Below, piece after piece: positions 1 to 6,359 of a stretch of 64,000 nt of DNA. The position numbers and the translations under genes were made by a program. A model generated the notes under the pieces. That model worked only from the letters and a program-made list of their open reading frames with translations, made no database searches and was not told the origin of the DNA. Every line of letters begins with the position of its first letter. Positions within the stretch are counted from its first letter, which is position 1. Source of the DNA: a virus; the IMG/VR virus record IMGVR_UViG_3300035698_005399, positions 1 to 64,000 of that record; one strand, written 5' to 3'.

Positions 1-143
1 CGGCGCTTGGTGTGGTCTTGGAAGCTGACAAAAGTTGTCTCTCCCAAGATGTCAACCGCTAGGCCCTTCATGGTGCCCGCGATGCGTTCGGTGGTTTTCT
101 TGTCCAGCGAAAGTGTTCGCCGTTGTTCTAATGTAAATGCCAT
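1..143 (-). CDS. Partial hypothetical protein running off the window start (MAFTLEQRRTLSLDKKTTERIAGTMKGLAVDILGE...), likely paralogue of 1729..2235
   Basis: Hand translation from ATG at 143 is open to position 1. Not in the ORF track. The N-terminus aligns with the 168-aa protein (TLEQRRTLSLDKKTTERIA vs TYREKDILSKDQYFIDRVG). Confidence 0.7.
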   Translation of the reverse strand, partial: MAFTLEQRRTLSLDKKTTERIAGTMKGLAVDILGETTFVSFQDHTKR

Positions 144-146
144 GAT
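96..146. repeat. 51-bp direct repeat, copy 1
   Basis: Matches 912..962 at 50/51 positions (a106 vs t922). Confidence 0.95.
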
Positions 147-172
147 GCTGGTTGATTTTGGTTTTTAGCCCG

Positions 173-901
173 CTATGTAGGTATATCAGTTGAGTAAGTT
201 GCGGTCCCTGCGCTGTCTGTGCCGGATGCCAAGCTGACGCTATCAATTAGGTTATCTTCAAACATGGCCCAAAATTGCGGGCTATAAGCCGATAGCGACA
301 AAGGCGACCCTCCGTTGTAGATTGCCGAAACCTGGGCCGCGCTGAGTTCAGTTGAAAATACAGCCGGTTCGTCTATAAGCCCAAAAATACTAGTAGGGCC
401 GCTTCGTGAGCTACCTACATTTACCTCGGACCCTGCGCCAACTTGGACGAATTCACCAGCGTTTGATGTCGTCAAAGCCTGGAGGGTGCCATTCACATAT
501 AGCTTGATCCCTGCGCTCGTTCCGCCGCCATCATATGTGCCTATAATCTGATTCCATTGTGATATTGGCGCAGCAATGGCCGATGTTCTTTGCCCGATAA
601 ATATGCCCGCGCTGCCGTTGCTGTAAATCCTAAAAAATGGCATAATCCCAGCACCAGATGCAGTAAAGTACATATCGAAATTATTGACCCCGTAAATCAG
701 CCCGCCACCAAGGAAAGGTCTACTATATTTAAACCGAACCGAAACAGAGAAAGGTACGGAGCCGCTAACGTCAATACTTGATGAAGCGTAATTTATTGAA
801 CCATTCTTTAAATCAATGCTCTTGGTGTTCGCAAAAGGCGGTGTTGCCCCGTATCCAGAATTCTTTTTTTCTAAATTAATTCCTAATCCAAATTTTGGCA
901 T
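173..901 (-). CDS. LamG/concanavalin A-like jellyroll protein (putative head fibre or lectin)
   Basis: LamG-like motifs WNQIIGTYDG, IKLYVNG, GLIDEPAVFSTELSAAQVSAIYNGG. N-terminus MPKFGLGINLEK. Confidence 0.85.
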   Translation of the reverse strand: MPKFGLGINLEKKNSGYGATPPFANTKSIDLKNGSINYASSSIDVSGSVPFSVSVRFKYSRPFLGGGLIYGVNNFDMYFTASGAGIMPFFRIYSNGSAGIFIGQRTSAIAAPISQWNQIIGTYDGGGTSAGIKLYVNGTLQALTTSNAGEFVQVGAGSEVNVGSSRSGPTSIFGLIDEPAVFSTELSAAQVSAIYNGGSPLSLSAYSPQFWAMFEDNLIDSVSLASGTDSAGTATYSTDIPT

Positions 902-908
902 AGTTAAT

Positions 909-959
909 TTATTTCTTGTCCTGCGAAAGTGTTCGCCGTTGTTCTAATGTAAATGCCAT
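909..959 (-). pseudogene. 16-codon truncated copy of the gene starting at 143 (MAFTLEQRRTLSQDKK*)
   Basis: ATG at 959 and TAA at 909-911. 15/16 residues are identical to the N-terminus of the 143..<1 ORF. Confidence 0.75.
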
Positions 960-962
960 GAT
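912..962. repeat. 51-bp direct repeat, copy 2
   Basis: Matches 96..146 at 50/51 positions, offset 816 bp. Confidence 0.95.
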
Positions 963-971
963 TATTTGGGG

Positions 972-1718
972 TTATGAAAGCCCGTAGGCCGCTTTATTTG
1001 CGTCGTAGTTTTGGAGAACCTCGGCTGTTGTTAATTCTACATTGTAGACTCTAACAATACCCAATTCACCCTTGTACTCACGCCCTGTTGAGTGATTCCA
1101 AGTTGCTATCCTTGCGTTGGTGGTCGTAGACGGGAAGGGGGTAGCGGCGGCGGGCAGTGTGGTTGTGGCGCCCAACACACCGTCCCTGTAAAACCTGACA
1201 ACGTTGCTTGAGTTTCGCGTCAACACAAACTGCGTCCACCCAACGAAGCCAGTTGCGAAGGATATGACGGACACCGTATTAATGTAAAAGTCCAACGCGG
1301 AGCCATTTCTGAAAACACTATAACCCCCCGATGCCGCGCCTCCATTGCTCTTGGCTATTATCCGCTGGAGCGGGTCCCCAGACAAGTCCGCTTGTATCCA
1401 AAACTCAATAGCGAAGCCCGTTACCCCAAAAAGGGATAGCGGGTTCGCGCTGTTTATGCTGCCTAATTCTACGTAATCGTTGTCCCCATCAAACGCAAAA
1501 TTCGGATTTGGCGAAGCCGTATAAACGGGGCCATTAGTTAACACCCCGTCATTGTTCCCGGTTAAGTCTGTCCACGTTGTACCGCTGCCGGGATAGCTTG
1601 CGGCATCCCCAGCATCCCAGTTGCCGACAAGGCCATCTGTGACATACCCCGGCGTTACGGTTGCCTCATGCCCAGAATTATTCTTCTCTAAATTTACTCC
1701 AAGTCCAAATTTTGGCAT
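972..1718 (-). CDS. LamG/concanavalin A-like jellyroll protein (putative head fibre or lectin)
   Basis: VTDGLVGNWDAGDAASYPGSGTTWTDLTG, FAFDGDNDY and VRVYNVELTTAEVLQNY are typical of phage LamG-like domains. N-terminus MPKFGLGVNLEK. Confidence 0.88.
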   Translation of the reverse strand: MPKFGLGVNLEKNNSGHEATVTPGYVTDGLVGNWDAGDAASYPGSGTTWTDLTGNNDGVLTNGPVYTASPNPNFAFDGDNDYVELGSINSANPLSLFGVTGFAIEFWIQADLSGDPLQRIIAKSNGGAASGGYSVFRNGSALDFYINTVSVISFATGFVGWTQFVLTRNSSNVVRFYRDGVLGATTTLPAAATPFPSTTTNARIATWNHSTGREYKGELGIVRVYNVELTTAEVLQNYDANKAAYGLS

Positions 1719-1728
1719 GAGCTAGTTA

Positions 1729-2235
1729 TTAGTCTGCTTGAGAAATACCAGCTACTATTGGAAATAGCTTTCTTACTACTGCTTCAATTTGTAAACCAGC
1801 GATTCCTTTAACTCCATCATTAGTACTTAAATCATAATTAGCACTATCGTCTGCAAATACTGACGAAGATGTATGGTTAGAATTAACTTTATACACTTGA
1901 TTGCTTTGTAAAAAGAAATCACCACTGACATACGCTTTACCAGATACCCAATTAAGTGTAACAATAAGGTTATCACCCCAATCTGAAGGAGTTTCATCAT
2001 CATCCTCAGTACCTGTAGCTGCTGCTAATCTAGTTAAAGCTAGAATATTTGCGCCACTATTGGTTTCTTTGATAATTGCTCTAGCTGTAGCCAAAAGCTT
2101 ATTTTTTGCGTCAACAGATACTCCTGAGAGATCTGTTTGTAATTGTTCTACTGCAACAACTCTTGCTGCAATTCCGACTCTATCAATAAAGTATTGATCT
2201 TTAGATAGAATATCTTTTTCTCTGTATGTTGGCAT
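1729..2235 (-). CDS. Hypothetical protein with an inserted CBM5/12-like module
   Basis: WVSGKAYVSGDFFLQSNQVYKVNSNHTS resembles the CBM5/12 signature (W..G..Y..GD......Y.....HTS). Confidence 0.65.
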   Translation of the reverse strand: MPTYREKDILSKDQYFIDRVGIAARVVAVEQLQTDLSGVSVDAKNKLLATARAIIKETNSGANILALTRLAAATGTEDDDETPSDWGDNLIVTLNWVSGKAYVSGDFFLQSNQVYKVNSNHTSSSVFADDSANYDLSTNDGVKGIAGLQIEAVVRKLFPIVAGISQAD

Positions 2236-2244
2236 AATTAATTT

Positions 2245-2562
2245 TTATAGACGGTATAGGATTATACTTTCAGTAGCTCCTGGTGTGATCGCTGTAATGT
2301 TCCCATATAAGGTTAATCCCGCAGGATATACAATACTATCTAGTGTTCCAGTAGTATCGTTCATTGTAAAAAGGGTAGGTGTAGTTTCTGTAACAAAGGT
2401 AATAGCAAAAGCATTACCTGTCCAAGCATTAGCTCCAGTTACAATTTCTCTACTAGCACCACCAAAAGACATCACAATTTCACGTAGATGTGTTCTGTTC
2501 TGAACATCTAGTATCTTTGCTAGTTCTGTTGAGGATGCCCCTAAGTTGTTCGGTATACTCAT
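2245..2562 (-). CDS. Small beta-rich putative virion protein (possible head-spike base)
   Basis: 105-aa ORF in the operon with a beta-strand pattern (YPAGLTLYGNITAIT...IILY). The function is inferred. Confidence 0.6.
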   Translation of the reverse strand: MSIPNNLGASSTELAKILDVQNRTHLREIVMSFGGASREIVTGANAWTGNAFAITFVTETTPTLFTMNDTTGTLDSIVYPAGLTLYGNITAITPGATESIILYRL

Positions 2563-2665
2563 TATTTTTAAATTTCTTTTCTAGGTATGCTTCGGTTAGC
2601 TCAATTCTTTTAACTAACTCAATTTGATAAGCATACATTTCGTATAAAATGTTATCATTTTTCAT
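2480..2665 (-). CDS. Small hypothetical protein (MKNDNILYEMY...)
   Basis: ATG lies just after the tRNA 3' end. It overlaps the next gene by 83 nt, so it is uncertain. Confidence 0.35.
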   Translation of the reverse strand: MKNDNILYEMYAYQIELVKRIELTEAYLEKKFKNNEYTEQLRGILNRTSKDTRCSEQNTST

Positions 2666-2667
2666 TG

Positions 2668-2740
2668 CGAAGGTGGAAGGACTCGAACCCTCATCGTCAG
2701 GTTTGGAATCTGAAATGCTATCCAGTTGCACCACACCGAC
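2668..2740 (-). tRNA. tRNA-Trp(CCA) with imperfect stems and no encoded CCA end
   Basis: GTCGGTG TG GTGC AACTGGATA GCAT T TCAGA TTCCAAA CCTGA CGAT GAGGG TTCGAGT CCTTC CACCTTC G forms a 73-nt cloverleaf with a canonical T-loop and D-loop GG. Confidence 0.85.
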
Positions 2741-2746
2741 AAAAAA

Positions 2747-2797
2747 CTTCCTATATATGAAACGTTTTTTATGTAAAAATTGTTCCTTATATAGAAG
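2747..2797. promoter_or_regulatory. Imperfect inverted repeat, putative back-to-back divergent promoters
   Basis: The reverse complement of 2747-2771 (taaaaaacgtttcatatataggaag) matches 2774-2797 (taaaaattgttccttatatagaag). It sits at the strand switch. Confidence 0.6.
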
Positions 2798-2818
2798 AAT
2801 ATTTTAAAATATTTTTTT

Positions 2819-3181
2819 ATGGAATTAATTGACAGCATCCATGACCTAAAAGCACTACAGATTTCTGCAGAATTTAGGCATTGGATTACACCAGCAGAAC
2901 CGGAACATAGAACCTTAGAAAAACTATATACGTCGCTACAAGACGATATAGATAATTTAGTAGAATGTAGTTTGGGATCTGGACTAATACATCCTGGAGC
3001 ATTTAGCTCTAGGCGAATAGATATTAACCTAGATCAAGATATAGCAACCCAAATCGCCAACTGCCTATCTCTACTAAGAAGAACAGCAAGTGTATTAAGT
3101 AAAGACGAAGAGATACAAGATCTAGTCTATGACTTAATGAACTTGTTAAACAAGATAAATTATTTATTATCACTATCATGA
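2819..3181 (+). CDS. Ferritin/Dps-like four-helix protein (DUF5856-like)
   Basis: HW...EHRTLEKLY...DIDNLVE and C-terminal NKINYLL match the Dps-like ferroxidase pattern. Confidence 0.7.
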   Translation: MELIDSIHDLKALQISAEFRHWITPAEPEHRTLEKLYTSLQDDIDNLVECSLGSGLIHPGAFSSRRIDINLDQDIATQIANCLSLLRRTASVLSKDEEIQDLVYDLMNLLNKINYLLSLS

Positions 3182-3357
3182 ACACAACATACACAGTCAC
3201 CATTCTTGGTGAAAAAAACGGAATTACAAAGAGCGTAATTATAACAGATAAGAAGCTAAGAGATGCTGTAGAACAAGCTGTTCTATCATTTGTTAATGCT
3301 GAATCTGGGTTTGAATTAACACAAGCAGACAAAGATTTGATAAAAGAATTCGAATAA
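3178..3357 (+). CDS. Hypothetical protein, 59 aa (MNTTYTVTILGEKNG...)
   Basis: Hand-called below the ORF track cutoff. ATGA overlap with the upstream stop, and it fills the gap. Confidence 0.65.
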   Translation: MNTTYTVTILGEKNGITKSVIITDKKLRDAVEQAVLSFVNAESGFELTQADKDLIKEFE

Positions 3358-3392
3358 GGAACTTTTTGATTAACATTGGTGTTAATTAATAT

Positions 3393-3794
3393 ATGAAAAC
3401 GCCAAAAATAGTACATCCTATTGAAACAAATGAATTTGGATTCTATAGACTGTATTTTACATTATCAAACTTCATTGCCGAAGAACCCTTGACACCTAAA
3501 GCATTAGATGTTATTTCGTCTATATGTTCTAGAGAGAAAGAGTTCTTGGGTAAGAAGAGGTTTAAGCATGACTTGGCTCAAACACTCAAGGTTAAAACCC
3601 CAAGGATTTACAAACTATTAGATGAATTAGAAAGAAGCAAGATGTTAATTCATACGGAGAATTCATATGAATTACCTAAAACTTTACAATCTCTTCAGTC
3701 TAACGTTAAATATTTATTAGATACAGAACAAACCCAGTTTGGCTATGAAATGTTATTCAACATTAAAGATGAATCTGACAATCTCAATAGTTGA
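3393..3794 (+). CDS. Winged helix-turn-helix DNA-binding protein
   Basis: KHDLAQTLKVKTPRIYKLLDELERSKMLI...YEL is a wHTH pattern. Confidence 0.65.
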   Translation: MKTPKIVHPIETNEFGFYRLYFTLSNFIAEEPLTPKALDVISSICSREKEFLGKKRFKHDLAQTLKVKTPRIYKLLDELERSKMLIHTENSYELPKTLQSLQSNVKYLLDTEQTQFGYEMLFNIKDESDNLNS

Positions 3795-3987
3795 TCAAAT
3801 TGAACAACTAGAAAGACAATTGTATGTAAGAGGAGGTAGGAGACCAGAGTATTTGGTGCTTAGTAAATCTGCATATAGGGATCTTAAAGAAGAAAGAGGT
3901 ATACCTGCAACAGAAGAAATTCCAATGTACAGGGGATACTTTATCTACTTAACACCTACAGAGGACACAATTATTCATTTTAGATGA
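3769..3987 (+). CDS. Hypothetical protein
   Basis: ORF coupled to its neighbours. ATG at 3769 preferred. Confidence 0.6.
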   Translation: MNLTISIVDQIEQLERQLYVRGGRRPEYLVLSKSAYRDLKEERGIPATEEIPMYRGYFIYLTPTEDTIIHFR

Positions 3988-4247
3988 GAGCCGAAAGCTT
4001 AGACAAAATAATTACAAAAACAGCAAAAGAACTTAATATTCCTAAGTCAGTAGTAAAGGAAGTAATCTACCATAAGTATCAGGAATTTAGAGATGCCATA
4101 AAAAATATGACACATCCTGAGATACTAGATGAATATTTCGGTAGATATAAGGTTATCCCAAAAAGACTATTAGAGTCAGATAACTACAAAGAACTGCAAT
4201 CAACTGCAGAAGTATATATAAATAGAAGAAAACAAAAACATGGGTAA
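3984..4247 (+). CDS. HU/IHF-like DNA-binding protein
   Basis: IITKTAKELNIPKSVVKEVI...EYFGRYKV fits HU-like helices and the FG.F motif. Confidence 0.6.
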   Translation: MRAESLDKIITKTAKELNIPKSVVKEVIYHKYQEFRDAIKNMTHPEILDEYFGRYKVIPKRLLESDNYKELQSTAEVYINRRKQKHG

Positions 4248-4866
4248 AACAGATAATATCGGGTCAGATAGTGGACTTATCTTAACAGAAGGCACTAAAG
4301 CACGTAGAGAACTTGAACTACAAGAAACACAGAACAAAGAAAAGCAGGCACAAATTGATGCATACAATGGTGAAATCTTAAAGGGTTCCCCCACAGATGT
4401 AGCACGATTTGCTAATAGAAAGTACCTTAATAACACAATGATTGTTAAATTACTTAAACATGATTGGATTGATAAGAATGCTGAAAATACAATCTTTGGA
4501 TCTGCAGCAGTAAAGAAAATACATAAGATCTACATTGAAACCCCACAGATGGGTAAAGAAAGTATGATGATTGATAATCCACTACCATATAGATTTGAGG
4601 GAGTTATTGTGGCAATGGATACTGAGATCCCAACTAATGATCCACATTTTGCAGGATTAACAGTTGGTTCTTTTATACGAGTAAAAGGATTTGATTTAAA
4701 AGAGAACAGATACTACTTTGATGAAGGCAAAAGAGAATGGATTGATTTCCAAGACATGACTTCATTGGGTTCTAATATGTTCCCTAACTATGAAGGATTT
4801 GCTACAATTCATCCTTCATTAATTGAAAATACATTTCTAGAGTCTAGTGAGCTAGATTATGTCTAA
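4240..4866 (+). CDS. Hypothetical protein, possible GroES-like fold
   Basis: NTMIVK...EGVIVAM...LTVGSFIRV resembles GroES strand motifs. Confidence 0.45.
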   Translation: MGKTDNIGSDSGLILTEGTKARRELELQETQNKEKQAQIDAYNGEILKGSPTDVARFANRKYLNNTMIVKLLKHDWIDKNAENTIFGSAAVKKIHKIYIETPQMGKESMMIDNPLPYRFEGVIVAMDTEIPTNDPHFAGLTVGSFIRVKGFDLKENRYYFDEGKREWIDFQDMTSLGSNMFPNYEGFATIHPSLIENTFLESSELDYV

Positions 4867-5146
4867 GCTTAAAGAAATATTTGATGGATGGGCTAATGTT
4901 GCAAAAGAACGCTTTAATACATTAGACCCAGCCATTAAACTTGAAGCTGAGCAAAGATTAGAACATTGCGATAGATGCTATATGCGAACAAACAATAAGT
5001 GTGATACATCTAAAGTAGGAGTACATCTAGAAACAGGTATTAAAACTAAGGGTTGTGGTTGTAACTTATCAGCTAAGTCACTATCACCATGCTCAAAATG
5101 TCCATTGGGTATATGGAATAAAATGAAAGCTTGTGATGACATTTGA
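4859..5146 (+). CDS. Cys-rich putative zinc-binding protein
   Basis: R..C..C...C...GCGC.L.AK......CP.G.W motif. Confidence 0.7.
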   Translation: MSKLKEIFDGWANVAKERFNTLDPAIKLEAEQRLEHCDRCYMRTNNKCDTSKVGVHLETGIKTKGCGCNLSAKSLSPCSKCPLGIWNKMKACDDI

Positions 5147-5627
5147 AAAAGCATACGAATTTATTGCACAATGGGAAGGTGGATATGTTAATGATCCAGA
5201 TGATTTGGGTGGAGAAACTAAATATGGTATAACCAAACGTAGATATCCACATCTTAATATTAAAACCTTGACTAAAGCAAAAGCTACAGAAATCTATCAT
5301 AAAGATTTCTGGTTACTTAGTAAAGCTGATAAACTACCATCAGAACTTAGATTATTACATTTTGATTGTGCTGTTAATCAAGGACCATATACTGCAGCTA
5401 GGATGCTACAAATGGCCATTAATGAAGAAGAAGTTATTATTGATGGTAATATTGGGCCGATAACATTAAATCATGCTCATTTAGCTACTCCAGACGCATA
5501 TGCTTTTTATAGAGCGTTAAGATATATGGAGATAACAGGATATAGACCAGTCAATGTAAAGTTCATTACTGGTTGGAAAAATAGATTAGAAGATTGCTTA
5601 GATGCGACATATGAAAATTTAAATTAA
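5136..5627 (+). CDS. Endolysin, glycoside hydrolase family 108 with peptidoglycan-binding region
   Basis: EGGYVNDPDDLGGETKYGIT signature, FDCAVNQG, DGNIGPIT, GWKNR. Confidence 0.92.
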   Translation: MTFEKAYEFIAQWEGGYVNDPDDLGGETKYGITKRRYPHLNIKTLTKAKATEIYHKDFWLLSKADKLPSELRLLHFDCAVNQGPYTAARMLQMAINEEEVIIDGNIGPITLNHAHLATPDAYAFYRALRYMEITGYRPVNVKFITGWKNRLEDCLDATYENLN

Positions 5628-5812
5628 TGAAATATGAAATAGATGACGTATTCAGAATGATTCGTTCAGTACTATTACAAATGGAAGAACAAATTATTGA
5701 TGAACACAGAGAAATGGATAGTGCTAAATCAGACCATATACCAATCAAAGGATTTATTATAGAACCATCATCAGAATCTAAACCTATTTACAAAAGACGT
5801 AGAAAAAAATAA
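5627..5812 (+). CDS. Hypothetical protein
   Basis: TAATG-coupled 61-aa ORF. Confidence 0.6.
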   Translation: MKYEIDDVFRMIRSVLLQMEEQIIDEHREMDSAKSDHIPIKGFIIEPSSESKPIYKRRRKK

Positions 5813-5813
5813 T

Positions 5814-6359
5814 ATGGCTAAAATATTTATAATCCAAGAAGGAACACCATACTTTACGGCAGCAGCAATGCAAGTGCCAAAGTTAAAGTCTTTAATTGAT
5901 AAGTTCCCAGATGACTATGATAAGTATGCAGCATACCTATATCATATGACTTCTCCCACTTCCACCTACTTTGATTATGGTCCTGAAAAGGAAGAAAAGA
6001 TCTTAGATGATTTTGCTCCAGAACTTAAAGGTAAAAAGTTACATAAACTAATACCTGAATGTATGGCAGAACTACATAGTTTCAAAGCTGCAGAAATGCG
6101 ATTATTAGAATCAACTTTGATTGCTTGTGATAAAATTGGACAATATTTAGAATCAGTTGATTTTAGTGAAGCTGATGAACATGGTAGATTGATACATAGT
6201 CCTACCCAAGTTATGAACTCACTAGGTAGAATTGGTACATTAGTAGAAGGTTTGGCTAAAGTTAGAGAACAAGTTAAAAAAGGACTCCAATCACAAGAAG
6301 AATACTATGGAGATAGAGAACTTAATATGTTTGACCAAGTAAAGGAAACTAATGAATAA
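5814..6359 (+). CDS. Protein upstream of TerL, possible terminase small subunit
   Basis: Helical 181-aa ORF, TAATG-coupled to TerL. Function inferred from position. Confidence 0.55.
   Translation: MAKIFIIQEGTPYFTAAAMQVPKLKSLIDKFPDDYDKYAAYLYHMTSPTSTYFDYGPEKEEKILDDFAPELKGKKLHKLIPECMAELHSFKAAEMRLLESTLIACDKIGQYLESVDFSEADEHGRLIHSPTQVMNSLGRIGTLVEGLAKVREQVKKGLQSQEEYYGDRELNMFDQVKETNE

Noticed and set aside
52-246. 64-aa track ORF on the minus strand
   Set aside because: It overlaps the LamG gene end and the better-supported ORF starting at 143 in another frame.
96-962. CRISPR array, invertible shufflon or DGR explanation for the repeats
   Set aside because: There are only two direct copies 816 bp apart. 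They are not inverted, show no adenine-specific variation, and no cas, invertase or reverse transcriptase gene is in the window.
2480-2734. 84-aa track ORF
   Set aside because: Its 5' part is the tRNA gene; only the portion from ATG 2665 is plausible.
2668-2740. tRNA as a prophage attachment site
   Set aside because: Phage-type genes lie on both sides, and there is no integrase or duplicated tRNA 3' end in the window.
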